Of a DNA stretch of 64,000 bases, positions 25,320 to 38,900 are shown piece after piece (the first letter of the stretch is position 1; every line of letters starts with the position of its first letter). The notes beneath the pieces are model-generated. The model searched no databases and was not told the origin of the DNA. It saw only the letters and a program-made list of their open reading frames with translations. The stretch is from Somniosus microcephalus (taxonomy: Eukaryota): positions 314,030,001 to 314,094,000 of the forward strand of contig CM126203.1 of the NCBI GenBank assembly GCA_052327205.1. The letters run 5' to 3'. A program made the position numbers and the translations under genes.

Positions 25320-26377
25320 TAAATAAGAGTTCCTCATAAGACAAGAGAGTGGTTAAAGCAGTTTATCATATAACTAGTGCCTTTCCTGTGATGCTTGGAG
25401 CCAAAATTTCTTTCTTTAACTTGGTTTGGAATATTTTGTAATGTATTGTCTTATCATGGAGAGCAAAATAAATATATGAAGCTAATTAAGTCACAAAGGC
25501 ATGGGTGACCAAAGTATATAACTTAATTAATTCCTTCATAGTGTAAAGCATTTGCTGTGTACTTCCTACCCCTGTCATAATGGTGCCCACCCAGTGCCAT
25601 GACAGTGAAGCATTGGCTGCAAGACTTTTTTTGGGGGTAGATGGGGATCTCTCCAGCTAACTGACCATGGAAACAGCTGAATTCTGGATTTTTTTTTAAA
25701 TGAAGGTGGTCCAGTGATGAGAGTTGTAGGATGTATGCTTGTGCTCAATTACCTCTGGAATGAGTTCCTGATTTCAGTCAGATCTTTAGGATGAAGCACT
25801 GAGCATAGGGCCAACTCAAGAGGAGCCACTTGGTGGGTTCACTCCAGCCTTGCGAAGAGTTATCTCATGGAATGTGATGAGGGAAGTAAAGAAACCTATT
25901 GCATTCATCGCTTTTATGTAATTGTATAAATCTTGTAAACAAGGTATAATAAAATTGTCTCAGTAGTATTTTCTAAACCGCCTCTTTTAAAAGACATGCT
26001 GAAGATATATTTTATTATTAAATAGAATGCCATGCCAAGAACACTGAATATTTTTGTTTAAAATATTGTAGAGCAGTTTGCTGTATAATGTGTTATATCA
26101 TGGGCCATCATAAAAACGTGGGGCTTTCCTTCTGTAACAACAATGTACAGTAAGAGGGTTTCACCTCAAACTTAAAGAGTCGAACTTGATTCCATATTGG
26201 TAACGGTAGGTGTTTATTGGTAAGTACAATAGAAATCAGTACAGCCAAAAGACTAGTATTTCATAACAGTAATTTACAGCACCAAACAAGATTACCCCGT
26301 TCAGCCACTGGACAGAGTAGCGTGCGATGTCTCCATTGTTCTCCTCTAATCCGTTGTTCTTCTAGCTTCTAGCACTA

Positions 26378-26555
26378 TATATTAAAGAAGGAGTTGGATA
26401 TATTTCTTAAGGCTAAAGGGATCAAGGGATATGGGGAGAAGGCAGGGACAGGGTACTGAGTTTGGATGATCAGCCATGATCTCATTGAATGGTGGAGCAG
26501 GCTCGAGGGGCCGAATGGCCTACTCCTGCTCCTATCTTCTATGTTTCTATGTTTA
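26378..26555 (+). mobile_element. CR1 3' tail fragment
   Basis: KKELDIFLKAKGIKGYGEKAGTGY* plus UTR, near-identical to about 48470-48642. Confidence 0.88.
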
Positions 26556-26682
26556 GCTGAGAGGGGTGTTAAGCATTCACCAGCATTGATCCGTTCCTCA
26601 GGCTAGGATACTTGAGGGCTGTTAGGCTCAGATGGCCAGCATGGATCCACTCCTGTAAGTGTATCTCTACCCCCCCCTCCCC

Positions 26683-27183
26683 ATAATCATAATCAACTTT
26701 ATTGTCATTGTTAGTGCACAAGTGCAGTACAACGAAATGTAGGCTTGCGGCTCCCAAGAGTGTACATTTAGATTAAGACATTTAAACATTCAACATACAT
26801 TTGGCTTGTAATACATTAACATAACCATAATAAAGTGCATTGGCAGATGTGCAGGCTTTAGAGTTTATTTGTGGAGTTCAGTAGGATGACAGCCCTGGGA
26901 AAGAAGCTGTTCCTAAATCTGGTCATACGGGTGCGAATGCATCTGTAGCGTCTCCCAGATGGCAGGAGGGCGAACAGACTGTGGCTGGGGTGGGTAGGGT
27001 CTTTGATGATGGTCCGTGACCTCCGTAAACAGCGTTTCTGGTATATGTGCTCTATGGTCGGTAGCCGGGTGCCGGTAATGCGTTGGGCAGTTTTGACTAC
27101 CCGCTGCAGGGCTTTCCGGTCATAGTAGCTACAGCTGCCATACCATACTGTGATACAGTTCGTCAGGATGCTCTCTATTGTGT
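26683..27183 (-). mobile_element. Rex1/Babar LINE 3' fragment
   Basis: Minus strand reads IESILTNCITVWYGSC...RKALQRVVKTAQRITG...IIKDPTHPSHSLFALLPSGRRYR...NSFFP, a characteristic Rex1 C-terminus. Confidence 0.85.
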
Positions 27184-27546
27184 ATCTATGTATCTCAGGT
27201 TAAACAGTCTTCTTGTATTCCTTTGTGCCCAGTACAACTAACTCTTCTTATCCAATCATAGTGTGACACCCATAGCTGATGCAAGAGTTTTGAACATTCA
27301 CTCTTCATGTGAATAGTCCCATATTTGGTTAGTTTAAAGGGTGTCTTTTATGCTGTCTTTGCAAGTTCGGTTTTGTAGCTGTTGTCTCACCTTGACCCGT
27401 GACATAGCTTTGCAATAACAGGAGGCAGCAATTAGCTTAGCTGAACCGTACAAAATCTGATGAGCATTAACACTCATGTCTTTCAGCAGTAATTGCAGTC
27501 TTAGAAAAAGAAATGCTCACAAAGCTTGATTCATTTTATAATCTCA

Positions 27547-28110
27547 CAACAACCTGGAATTAAACAGCGCCTTTAAGGTAGTAAAACATCCCAAGGCACT
27601 TCATGGGAGTGTTATCAAACAAAATTTGACATCGAGCCACATAGAGATATTAGGACAGGTGACCAAAAGCTTGGTCAAAGAGGTAGGTTTTAAGGCGCGT
27701 CTTAAAGGAGAGGTAGAGAGGCGGGGAGGTTTACAGAGGGAATTCCAGAGCTTCGGGCCTAGGCAGCTGAAGGCACGGCTGCCAGTGATGGAGCGATTAA
27801 AATCGGGAATGCACAAGAGGCCGAAATTTGAGGAGCACAGATATCTCGGAGGATTGTAGGGCTGGAGGAGGTTACAGAGATAGGGTGAAACCATGGAGGG
27901 ATTTGGAAACAAGTTGAGAATTAAAAAATCAAGGCATTACTTCATCAGACTCACAATTCTGATGAAAAGTTCCAAGAGTTGGAAAAGTTTCTGGTAGATC
28001 TCAGAAAGAGACACACATTGGCAGTAGAATTCACAGATTGTCTTTTTTAAATTGAGGCTTTGCCGGACTGGGAACCAATGTAGGTCAGTGAGCACAGGGA
28101 TGATGGGCAT
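27547..28110 (-). mobile_element. L2 LINE 3' fragment with an internal foreign insert
   Basis: ORF 27601-27912 (PYLCNLLQPY, SRAFS, LWNSL); homologous to about 23700-24100 in the opposite orientation. Confidence 0.88.
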
Positions 28111-28381
28111 TTATGGCACATTATCTATTTTGCAATGGAGGCAATATGCATGTATAAATTAGATCTCATTTATCCTCTGGTAGTGGTGTTATTTTTGGTA
28201 TAACTAATATGTTATTTAGATAGAATGTTTGGTTTTTAGAGTATTAAGCTAAAGCTTATTTTGCTTGCATATACAAATCTAAATAACATTTAACATCCCT
28301 ATTAGTGGCTATCTGGGTATACTGGCTATTGATCACCCTGGCATGCCTTCTTTCACACATTGCCAATGAAAGCCTGATGTA

Positions 28382-28692
28382 CAGGAAACTTTTTTTTATC
28401 CGGCACGGACGGGACCGACGTGGTGCCGGTTCATCAAAAATTCCGGATAACCGAAAGCTATAGTAAAAGATACGGAGCTGAGAGCTCCGTATAAAGCAAC
28501 AAACCCTGTGCTTCAGAACAATGGCCACAAGTTGCAAGCGTCTCTGTAGCTTAGCAACAGCTGCCGCCACACCCTTGCACAGCAACAAATGGAGGAAGGC
28601 AAGTAATAAAAGTTACCTGAACCTACTCCTGAATTTTGCCGGTTAACCGAGATTTCCGGTTATTTAGGTGCCGGTAAATCGAAAGTTCCCTG
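28382..28692 (-). mobile_element. Tigger-like MITE, copy B (inverted relative to A)
   Basis: TA|CAGGAAACTTT...AAAGTTCCCTG|TA; internal sequence is the reverse complement of copies A and C. Confidence 0.88.
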
Positions 28693-28804
28693 TACTATGA
28701 TTGTGTCCGCACTATTTGAAGATGGGCAGAGGAATTCCCCCGGTGTCCTGGCGAACTTTCCTTTCTCAAACAACACTGCGAAAAAAACAGATCACCTGGT
28801 CAAT

Positions 28805-29833
28805 TTTTAAAAATTAATTCACGGGATGTGGACGTCGCTGGCAAGACCAGCATTTATTGCCCATTCCTAGTTGCCTTTGAGAAGGTGGTAGTGAGCCGCC
28901 GCCTTGAACCGCTGCAGTCCGTGTGATGAAGGTATTCTCACAGTGCTGTTAGGGAGGGAGTTCCAGGATTTTGACCCAGTGACGCTGAAGGAACAGCGAT
29001 ATATTTCCAAGTCAGGATGGTGCGTGACTTGGAGGGGAACTTGGAGGTGGTGGTGGTCCCGTGACCTCTACCACCTAGAAGGACACGGGATTGGGAGATG
29101 CTGTCGAAGAAGCCTTGGTGAGTTGCTGCAGTGCATCTTGTAGCCACGTTGCCCTGATGGTGGAGGGAGTGAATGTTTAAGGTGGTGGATGAGATGCTGA
29201 TCAAGTGGCCTGCTTTGTCCTGGATGGTGTCGAGCTTTTTGAGTGCTGTTGGAGTTGCACCCATCCAGGCAAGTGAAGAGTATTCCATCACACTCCTGAC
29301 ATGTACCTTGTAGGTGGTAGAATGGCTTTGGTGAGTCAGTCGACACAGAATACCCAGCCTTGACCTGCTCTTGTAGCCACAGTATTTATGTGGCTAGTCC
29401 AGTTGAGTTTCATGTCAATGGTGACCCCCCAGAATGTTGATGGTGGGGGATTTAATGATGGTAATGCCATTGAATATCAAGGGGAGGTGGTTAGATTCTC
29501 TCTTGTTGAAGATGGTCATTGCCTGGCACTTGTGTTGTGTGAATGTTATTTGCCACTTTATCAGCCCAACCTGGATGTTGTTCAGGTCTTGCTGCACGTG
29601 GGCACGGACTACTTCATTATCTGAGAAATTGCAAATGGAACTGAACGATGTGCAATCTTCAGCGAACATCCTCACTTCTGACTTTATGTATTTATAGGGA
29701 AGGTCACTGATGAAGCAGCTGAAGATGGTTGGGCCGAGGACACTGCCCTGAGGAACTCTTGCAGCAGTGTCCTAGGGCTGAGACGATTGGCCTCCAACAA
29801 CCACCTTCCTTTGCGCTAGGTATGACTCCAGCT
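28805..29833 (-). mobile_element. CR1-group LINE family B, 3' fragment
   Basis: ORFs 28938-29291 and 29415-29675 are homologous to 12155-12946. Confidence 0.85.
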
Positions 29834-29909
29834 GTTTGTGAATCTTTCCTTTATGCAAATTGGCTGTCTGGTTTGCCTACAGTACAACAGTGACTACATT
29901 TCAAAAGTA

Positions 29910-30242
29910 CAGGAAACTTTCGTTTATCCGGAGGTTAAATGTCCAGAAAGCTCTATCCACCGGCAAAATTCAGGAGTCGGTTCAGATAAGTTTTTTTTCT
30001 TTTCATTGCTTTTTTTCTGCAGTCGTGGCTCTGCAAGGTCTAGCTGAAGCTGTTGCTTAGCTACAGAGACGCTTGCAAACTACACCGACTGTTTTGAAGC
30101 TGTTGCTAAGCAACAGGGTTTGTTGCTTCACACGGAGCTCAGAAGCTCCGTATGTTTTAACATTAGCGCTGGTTTCTACGGCAGTTTTGATGGGACGGCA
30201 CCAGCTCGGTCCAGTCAGTGCCGGATACCAGAAAGTTTCCTG
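29910..30242 (+). mobile_element. Tigger-like MITE, copy C
   Basis: TA|CAGGAAACTTTC...GAAAGTTTCCTG|TA; same internal sequence as copy A. Confidence 0.9.
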
Positions 30243-30872
30243 TAATTCATTGGCTGTGGATGTTCTAAGGACATGAAAGGTGCTATATTGTTCTTCTACC
30301 CCTCATGAGAACTTAAAACTGAATGATAAACAGGCATTTCAGTAAGGTTGGAAAAAATGGAGAGAAAAAGGGTTGGGTGAGGAGGAGGGGGAGATGATCA
30401 ATTGATCATGGACAGGAGAATACATAGCCAAAGGTCAGAGGTTAACTGACCTGTTTATTTCCAGCATTTTCTGTTTTTACTCCTGATGAGCCTTAGATTT
30501 GAAAAGGAGCAAAGCTGATCAACCAGTAACCAGAGCCATGCAGAATTTATATAACTCTCTGTTCAATTCAGCAATCATACACATATCTGAATAAATCAAA
30601 GAGCTTGTTTGTGTTTGAATTGTGCAGCTTGCCTGCTTTCTGAAGCAACTAATCCTCATAACATTGCATAAGTTAGGCTGAGCATGATTTGTGTGAATGC
30701 AGCTGGCTTTTAACTCCTTATACTCTAACTCAATTAAAGGAACTGATACCCTGCTAAAATTGGGTGTCTCAAATCTAACTCTTTGATTTGGGGAGTTACA
30801 CAAACAATCCAGTCAGGGTTTTACTTTTGTCATGTTAAGATGTTGCAGGTACAGCTGGATTATTTGAACTAA

Positions 30873-31004
<132 letters not shown>

Positions 31005-31676
31005 TAAACAGTGTGTGAGAGCAGACTGCCATTATATTACTATTCATAATAAAGCAGATGCCTATCTGTGATCCAAATATGTTTAGAGGATGTCCATTGT
31101 CTAAACTAAGGCATGCAGTCTTGTGAGATGGTCCAGAAATAAATAAATAAGTCTGATTTTCATTGGAAAATAAAGGAATCTTAATGTCCGGATCTAGAAT
31201 TACACATCTGCTTGAGGAGAGAGTGGGGAAAAAAAGTACTGAAAATACTCGAGCTGAAGTTAAAACTTACTTTATTTAAATTCACACTTGCCTTGTGGTC
31301 AATATTTAAAATTTTTAAATGGTTAAATTCCTTGATGCAGATGTCAGTTCTAGGACTGCATCAGGTTTTTTTTTTACTTGGAAGAAAGTGGCTGGTGGGT
31401 GGTGGTACTGTTCAAGATCGATTTAGGAAATGTGGTTCTGTTCTGAATCAGAAATGGACATAGCGATCATTCCGGTAAAATGATATATTAACTACTTCAA
31501 TTAGTGCAGCCTATTCTGCTGATCAGGGAGTTGAGTGTTTAAACAAGCGTTTCCCTTTTTAATTTATTACAGTGTTCATCATTTAATTTAGCCTGTTCAG
31601 TTCCACAGAGGCAGTATAGTTTGAAAGATAAATCAATTTTTAATGGTTTTTCCTCTAATGTAGCAAAAAGTACTAA

Positions 31677-32203
31677 AACCTCGATTTTATCCCCCCTGAT
31701 CCCGATGAGAATTGGGTCTGGGAATAGTTAAAATAGGGGCAGAGTACTCCCCTTCCTGTTTGTGCCACACTCTTGTCCACTGCCAGTTTAACTCCCAGGT
31801 TTCTGCAGCAGGGTGAGGTGCTCACCACAGACAAGTTGGGGTCTGCTGACTTCATTCAGATTCTCGCACGATTTTAACCCCAGGCTGCACAAATCGCACA
31901 CAGTGCTGAATGCGCCAGGGATCCAGAACTAGAAGAGGCCCAGCAAGGTAAGAGCCTCCCCTGCCGTAGGCTTCGCCCTCCTACTGACATCTTACCTCAG
32001 TGCCAGCGACCTGAAAGAATAGTCCCCGGCAGCAGACACGGAAAGTCCCACTCCAGCTCCCTCCTTGCCATTCCTGCCTGATTCGGACGGGAATCAGTCC
32101 TTTAAAGATATTAATGAGGCCCAGGCCTCACTTTCGCGGTCCCATGCAGGTTTGTCAGTCGCCCTTCCCCGCTCTGCACCCGTCCCAAGTTTAAATTGGG
32201 GCC
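31677..32203. mobile_element. Degenerate Harbinger-type MITE
   Basis: Left cctcgatttta, right taaattggggcc; GC-rich island in an AT-rich intron; no clean TSD. Confidence 0.35.
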
Positions 32204-32783
32204 ACAACTTCTAAATGGAACAGGAGAGGTGAATTTCTTGGATTCTAGATGAACATGTAGATTGTTGTATGTAAAAAGCTGTCCTACCGCTGCGAGAACT
32301 TCAATACTCACTGACTTTAAAAAGCAGTCTGGTGGCTGTTATGCTACCATATGAAATAAGTTTGTGCAGTTCAATTCCGAATGGGCATGGGTGCACAGCG
32401 TAAAACGGTTATTAATTTGGCACTAATTTGATAATCTCACTCAGTGTGGTGATTTGGGACGTGGAACTGTCACAGGGCACTCTTCTGAGATTGAAACTGA
32501 GGCACAATGTTGGGGACAAAATTAGAGGGAACTTTACTCTGGATTTAACCAATCTATATATGACACTGGGTAGTCACCTGAAATGCAAAAGTGTTTTATC
32601 TCTGAATGCTAATATATTTGCACCTTCAGCAAAAAAAATTATAAAAGTAATTGGAAATATATAATCAAAAAATAGATTATATCAAGAGATTGCTTATGTG
32701 TGTGAGACGAGCAATTTTGCTTTTGTTTCTCTCTCTCTCAGGTGACCAGCCTTACTGGTAATGGAATACTAAAATACAAGTAA

Positions 32784-33074
<291 letters not shown>

Positions 33075-33289
33075 TGAACCAATCATAACTGTCTAATAGG
33101 AGAATTGCTTGTTTTCTCTCTTCATGGAGAGATTTCTGTCTCTGTTAACTGGAAGGGGGCAGTCGGTGATGATGTAAGAACCATAAAAGATGCAAATTGG
33201 CTTGTAGCAGTATGAGCACAAGATTGTAAAAATTCAGAATGTTTGCTCTCTCCCAAGTATTCACAAGGGAAGACATGAGCAATATGCCC

Positions 33290-33850
33290 TTACCTCCTGA
33301 CTCCCCAAAGCCTTTCCACCACCTACAAGGCACAAGTCAGGAGTGTGAGGGAATACGCTCCATGTACCTGGATGAGTGCAGCTCCAACAACACTCAAGAA
33401 GCTCGAAACCATCCAGGACAAAGCAGTCCCCTTGATGGGCACCCCATCCACCACCTTAAACATTCACTCCTTCCCCCACCGGCATACCGTAGCTGCAGTG
33501 TGTCCAATCTACAAGAGACACCGCAGCAACTCGCCAGTGCTTCTTCGACAGCACCTCCCAAACCCGCGACCTCTACCACCTAGAAGGACAAAGGCAACGG
33601 CTGCATGGGAACACCACCTCCTCTAAGTTCCACGCCATCCTGACTTGGAAATATATCGCTGTTCCTTCATCGTCGCTGGGTCAAAATCCTGGAACACTCT
33701 ACCTAACAGCACTGTGGGAGTACCATCACCACACGGACTGCAGCAGTTCAAGAAGGCGGCTCACCGCCGCCTTCTCAAGGGCAATTAGGGATGGGCAATA
33801 AATGCTGGCCTTGCCAGCATCACTTACATCCCATGAATGGGGAAAAAAAA
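33290..33850 (+). mobile_element. CR1-group LINE family B, 3' fragment
   Basis: WMSAAPTTLKKLETIQDKA; family tail followed by an A-run at about 33843. Confidence 0.88.
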
Positions 33851-33939
33851 TCGCGATAACACGTAAAATTTAATGACTTTGATATATAAATTAGATGAAG
33901 ATTATAGACTATATAATCTTCTATAATCTTCTATATAGA

Positions 33940-35440
33940 TTATAAAAGGGCTCAAATCCAATATATCCCAGAGTGATGAGGGAGATTTGTGAGGCATTGA
34001 CAATCATGAAGACACCGGGGAAGTACCAATAAATTAGAAACATAGACATGGTAACTACAGACCCATTAATTTTACTTCAATCCCAGGTAAAATAATGGAA
34101 TTGATTGTCAGGAGTAAACTTGAGTGTCTGGGTGGGCGTGTGTGCTGTGAGGAGGATGCAGAGAAACTCCAGTTTGGGTGATTGGGCAGGTGCATGGCAG
34201 ATGCAGTATAATGTGGATAAATGCGAGGTTATCCACTTTGGTGGCAAAAACAGGAAGGCAATTATCTGAACAGCAATAGATTGGGAAAAGGGGAAGTGCA
34301 ACGAGACCTGGGTGTCCTTGTGCACCAGTCGCTGAAGGTAAGCATGCAGGTGCAGCAGGCGGTTAAGAAGGCAAATGGTATGTTGGCCTTCATAACGAGA
34401 GGATTCGAGTACAGGAGCAAGGATGTCTTGCTGCAGTTGTACAGGGCCTTGGTGAGACCACACCTTGAGTATTGTGTGCAGTTTTGGTCGCCTTATCTGA
34501 GGAAGGATGTTCTTGCCATGGAGGGAGTGCAGCGAAGATTCACCAGACTGATACCTGGGATGGCAGTAATGACGTATGAAGAGAGATTGGGTCGATTAGG
34601 CTTATATTCGCTAGAGTTTAGAAGAATGAGAGGGGATCTCATTGAAACTTATAAAATTCTAACAGGACTAGACAGACTAGATGCAGGAAGGATGTTCCCA
34701 ATGGCGGGGAGTCCAGAACCAGGGGTCACAGTCTAAGGATAAGGGGTAGTCCATTTAGGACAGAGATGAGGAGGAATTTCTTCACCCAGACAGTGGTGAA
34801 CCTGTGGAATTCTCTACTACAGAAGGCAGTTGAGGCCAGATCATTAAATATATTCAAGAAGGAGTTAGATATATTTCTTAAGGCTAAAGGGATATGGGGA
34901 GAAAGCAGGGACAGGGTACTCAATTTGGATGATCAGCCATGATCTCATTAAATGGCGGAACAGGCTCGACGGGCCGAATGGCCTACTCCTGCTCCTATCT
35001 TCAATGTTTCTACCTAGTGAACAGTAATATGGATTCGGAAGAGGGAGATCCTACCTGACCAGTTTCCTTGACATCTCTGAGAAAGTGACGTCCCAAATAG
35101 TAGGCCATGCAACATATTGCACCTAGACTTCCAAAAGACATTTGACAAAGTTCTATACAAAAGTCTGTTAGTTAAGCTTGAAGCTGTGGACTTTCAGGGT
35201 AAATCTTGGATATTGATAACAGATTGGCTGAAGGGGTGAAAACAACAAATACTTGTTACAGGAGTTGTAATGAGAATGGAGGGAGTAAAATGGTAAACCC
35301 CAAGGATCAGTGCTCAGACCACTCCTGTTTCTAATTTACATCAATGGCTTGGACCCATTGCAAATTGATCAAATTGCAGATGGTACCAAACTAGGAAGGG
35401 CAGTGGAATCAGAGGAGGCAGCTTAGAAATTACAAAATTG
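33940..35440 (+). mobile_element. Old CR1 remnant containing a younger CR1 3' fragment (about 34125-35012)
   Basis: ORF 34221-34736 is typical CR1. Flanking degenerate RT motifs (cacctagacttccaaaagacatttgacaaag; ccccaaggatcagtgct). Confidence 0.8.
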
Positions 35441-36209
35441 GGTGTGGTGCTGCTCTCCATTTTCATTGCTACAGCCAGGAAGTGTTGAAGCAAATACTGT
35501 GACAATGTAGCAAGTGCTGCATGCAACCTCCAGCCTTTGCCTCACGTCCCGAGATATATAGTACTCGTCTCATCCACCTGGATAGATGAAAGGCTGAGTA
35601 GATCAGTCATAGATTTGAAAAGGTTACAGCATTAGATTCTCAAGTTCCTTAACCTGGACAAAATCTACACTTGATAAAATCTACACTTAACGCCACTATT
35701 CAAGAAAGGAGGGAGTCAGCAAACAGGAAACTATAGGCCAGTTAGCCTAACATCTGTCATTGGGAAAATGCTGGAATCCATTATTAAGGAGGTAATAGCA
35801 GGACATTTAGAAAATCATAATACAATCAAGCAGAGTCAACATGGTTTTATGAAAGGGAAATCGTGTTTGACAAATTTGCTAGAGTTCTTTGAGGATGTAA
35901 CAAACAGGGTGGATAAAGGGGAATCAGTGGATGTGGTGTATTTGGATTTCCAGAAGGCATTCGATAAGGTGCCACATAAAAGGTTACTGCACAAGATAAG
36001 CGTGCATGGGGTTGGGGGTAATATTTTGGCATGGATAGAGAGTTGGCTAACGAACAGAAAACAGAGTCGAGATCAGTGAGTTATTTTCCGGTTGGCAACC
36101 AGTAACTAGTGGGATGCCACAGGGATCAGTGCTGGGGCCTCAACTGTTTACAATCTATATTAATGACTTGGAAGAAGGGACCGAGTGTACTGTAGCCAAA
36201 TTTGCTGAT

Positions 36210-36411
36210 CACAGAAATCACAGAAACCCCACAGTGCAGATAGAGGCCATTTCGGCCCATCGAGCCTGCACCGACACATATCCCACCCGATCCTTGTAAC
36301 CCCTACACCAACACATATCCCACCCTATCCCCATAACCCCACGTATTTAATCCCCCTAACACTAAGGGTCAATTTATCATAGCCAGTCAACCTAACCCGC
36401 ACATCTTTGGA
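36210..36411 (-). mobile_element. 5'-truncated HE1/V-type SINE
   Basis: Reverse complement of the 3' half of the SINE at 54209-54502; flanked by ctgat direct repeats (36205-9, 36412-16). Confidence 0.85.
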
Positions 36412-36739
36412 CTGATGATACAAAGATAGGTGGGTTAGCAAGTTGTGAGGAGGATACAAAGGGCTGGATTTTGTTAGTGTGGGCGGGCTGGGGCGTGTCA
36501 GGTGGAAATCGTGTCAGGACCCCGACTCCTAAGTGATGTGTTGAAAAAGTGGGATTTTCCCCTAATTGGCCAATTGATTTCCAGCGTGTGGAAACCCCTG
36601 GCCCAATGAGTCTTTTCATACAGAAAGTCACCTCCGAAGATGTCATCAATGCTGTTGGATTTAAGGCCTGCAAGCAGCCTTGATTCTTCTGGAGACTGCA
36701 AAGGCTCTGCAATTTATATGAAGGAGTTGAATTCTGGAA

Positions 36740-38643
36740 AATATCAACGATCAAGCAAAAGTGTGCTCCTCGATTTGATGAGCCCTCCCTCCAAGCTCTG
36801 GTGTACGGAGCCAGCTGTAATAAGCAGGTGCTGTTCCCTTCCTCATGGAGAAAAAAGCCACCCCAGCAGACAAAAGCTGTGTGGCTACAAGTGGCCCAGG
36901 AGGTCAACTCCATTTCGCTGAGCCGCAGAACCTGGCTGCAATGCAGGAAGAGGTTTCATGACCTCCGCACAGGAAAAGTGAGTATGACTTTCCCATCACC
37001 CTCAATCTGATCCCCATTGCCTCTCCTCACCAGCATTCTGCATTGCCAACCTCTTCCTCCACATTCCACTTGACACTTGCATCCCTGCACCCTTACCCAT
37101 TCCCTCTCTCTATGGTCACATTCACTTAACTATTCGACCATGCAGCCCTCACACTCCCTATCACTGTGATGCCATGACAACAACAACTTTCAACACACAG
37201 GGAGTGTCCTTTGTATCCTTCTAAGCATCAATGCTATGGATTCTCTATACTCCTTCATTCTCACTCAAACTCCACGTGTGTCCATCATTGCAGGAAAAAA
37301 GAACCAACAATAAGAGGGAAAGAGCCATGACAGGAGGAGGGCCACCCTCAGTAGCCCAGCTCACCCCCTGGGAGGAGGCGGCCCTGGAAATTGCTGGGAT
37401 CGAGGAGGATACCCAAGTGGGGTACGGACAGATGGGCGCATCACAGCAAACTGGTGATAGAATAGTTTGGAATCTCTCCCATTGACATAGCATGAGTCAC
37501 TGATAATGATTCTGATGCTCTAACAGATTGACTTATGATCATCTGCAATATTCAATGTGCATGTAACCTTGGCCTCACATCTCTGACTTTCCTTTACTCC
37601 CCCACAGGGCCATCGAAAGCCCCCGTCCCCACTGTCCAGGAGGAAGAGCCTGAGCCTCCAGACTCCTCAGAGGAAGATGCAACATCTGAGGGCACAGCGT
37701 CAGCAGAATTTAGCGCACCCAGCACCAGCGCAGACACTCACACCTCGGTGGGACCTTCACGAAATAGAGTAGTGTTGTCACCCGGTGTATCACAGCTCAC
37801 AAGTGAGCATCAGTAGATGGTGGAAACAGTGGAGGGCACAGGAGTCTGCCAGCTCGGCTCTGCTGCATGCCAACCCTGTGCCTCCGGGTCCATCCAGGAC
37901 AGCGGTGCTAGAACTCCAGGAACAGGTGCAGGAGTCTCTGGCAGGTTTTGTCTCCAGGGTCGCTGCAAGTGTGGAGCGAATGGAGGAGTCCATCGTGAAC
38001 ATGAGCAGAGCCTTTGTAGAGGCATTGGCGCATGAACACATCACCGCGGAAAGGATGGCCACCTCCATGGTAAGGCTGGTTACTGTAGAGGAGAGGATGG
38101 CTACGGTAGAGGAGAGGATGGCTACGTCCATGGAGGAGCTTAGTCGCCAGGTATTGAAAACATGGTCATTGTTCAGAATAGAATGACATCTCTTGAGGAG
38201 CGATGGTCAGCTATTGAGCAAACAATCCAGACCTTCATGCAAGTCCTCTGGAGTAGGACTTCCAGTGCAGAAACGGGTCCTCATGGCCCCCCTGCAGTGC
38301 AGCAAGGTGTTGTCAAGCCACTTGCTAGCTCTGAAATGGGGCTGACCCATGAGTGGGATGTTGGTGGCAGACAACAAGGAAGTGGGGGCTCCTCTCCAAG
38401 CGCTCACACGACCATGCCACAGCAAAGTCCTTGGTCAGAGTCCTCGCCCAACTGAGATGGGCGCCTCAGCCGCAGGAGCAGCAGACTTTTGGTGAGCCCT
38501 CACAGGTTCACAACCCCAGAGGACGCCCGCCAAAGACATCGAGACAGGAGCAGCAAGAGAGTGAGCAAGGGGCCTCCACATCTCTGAAGCCACAGGGGAA
38601 GCATCATGTAGGAGCACGCATAAGAGGAAGATAAAGCACAAGT
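36740..38643 (+). pseudogene. Harbinger Myb/SANT gene of copy 3 (exons about 36740-36977, 37294-37453, 37608 to about 38643), inactivated
   Basis: Colinear with copy 1. The start codon appears as ATA, there is a TAG at 37814-16, and frameshifts follow. Confidence 0.8.
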
Positions 38644-38900
38644 AGTCACAAGTGTAGTCACTTGAGTGCAGTGTTTTGTTTTTGGACCAGCCATCATTGT
38701 GATTGTATTATAAAGTGTTTTGATGGCAAACTGTTGAAGTTGTGGCCTCTGTCATTTCGCAAATGGGACTTCCACATTGAGGGATTAGGGCGCCTTGCGT
38801 TTGTCAGAATGTTGGTCAGATTAATAGGATTCCACAGGTTCTTGTCCATTGTCGATGCTCTGGTAAGAAGGAGCGAGATTAAAGTGTTTGATTGTGCAGG

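Larger units (their letters stand above)
28705..30290 (+). mobile_element. Fragmented DeuSINE (pieces about 28705-28800, 29835-29909, 30243-30290) interrupted by a LINE and a MITE
   Basis: gcactatttgaaga...ggtgtcctggc Deu-domain piece and acaacagtgactacatttcaaaagta|attcattggctgtg tail match the complete copy at 42786-43228. Confidence 0.6.

Noticed and set aside
26133-27548. Possible minus-strand solo LTR interrupted by CR1 and Rex1 fragments
   Set aside because: TG...CA ends and a reverse AATAAA are present, but the flanks (cttc / acaa) give no TSD and there is no second copy to confirm it.
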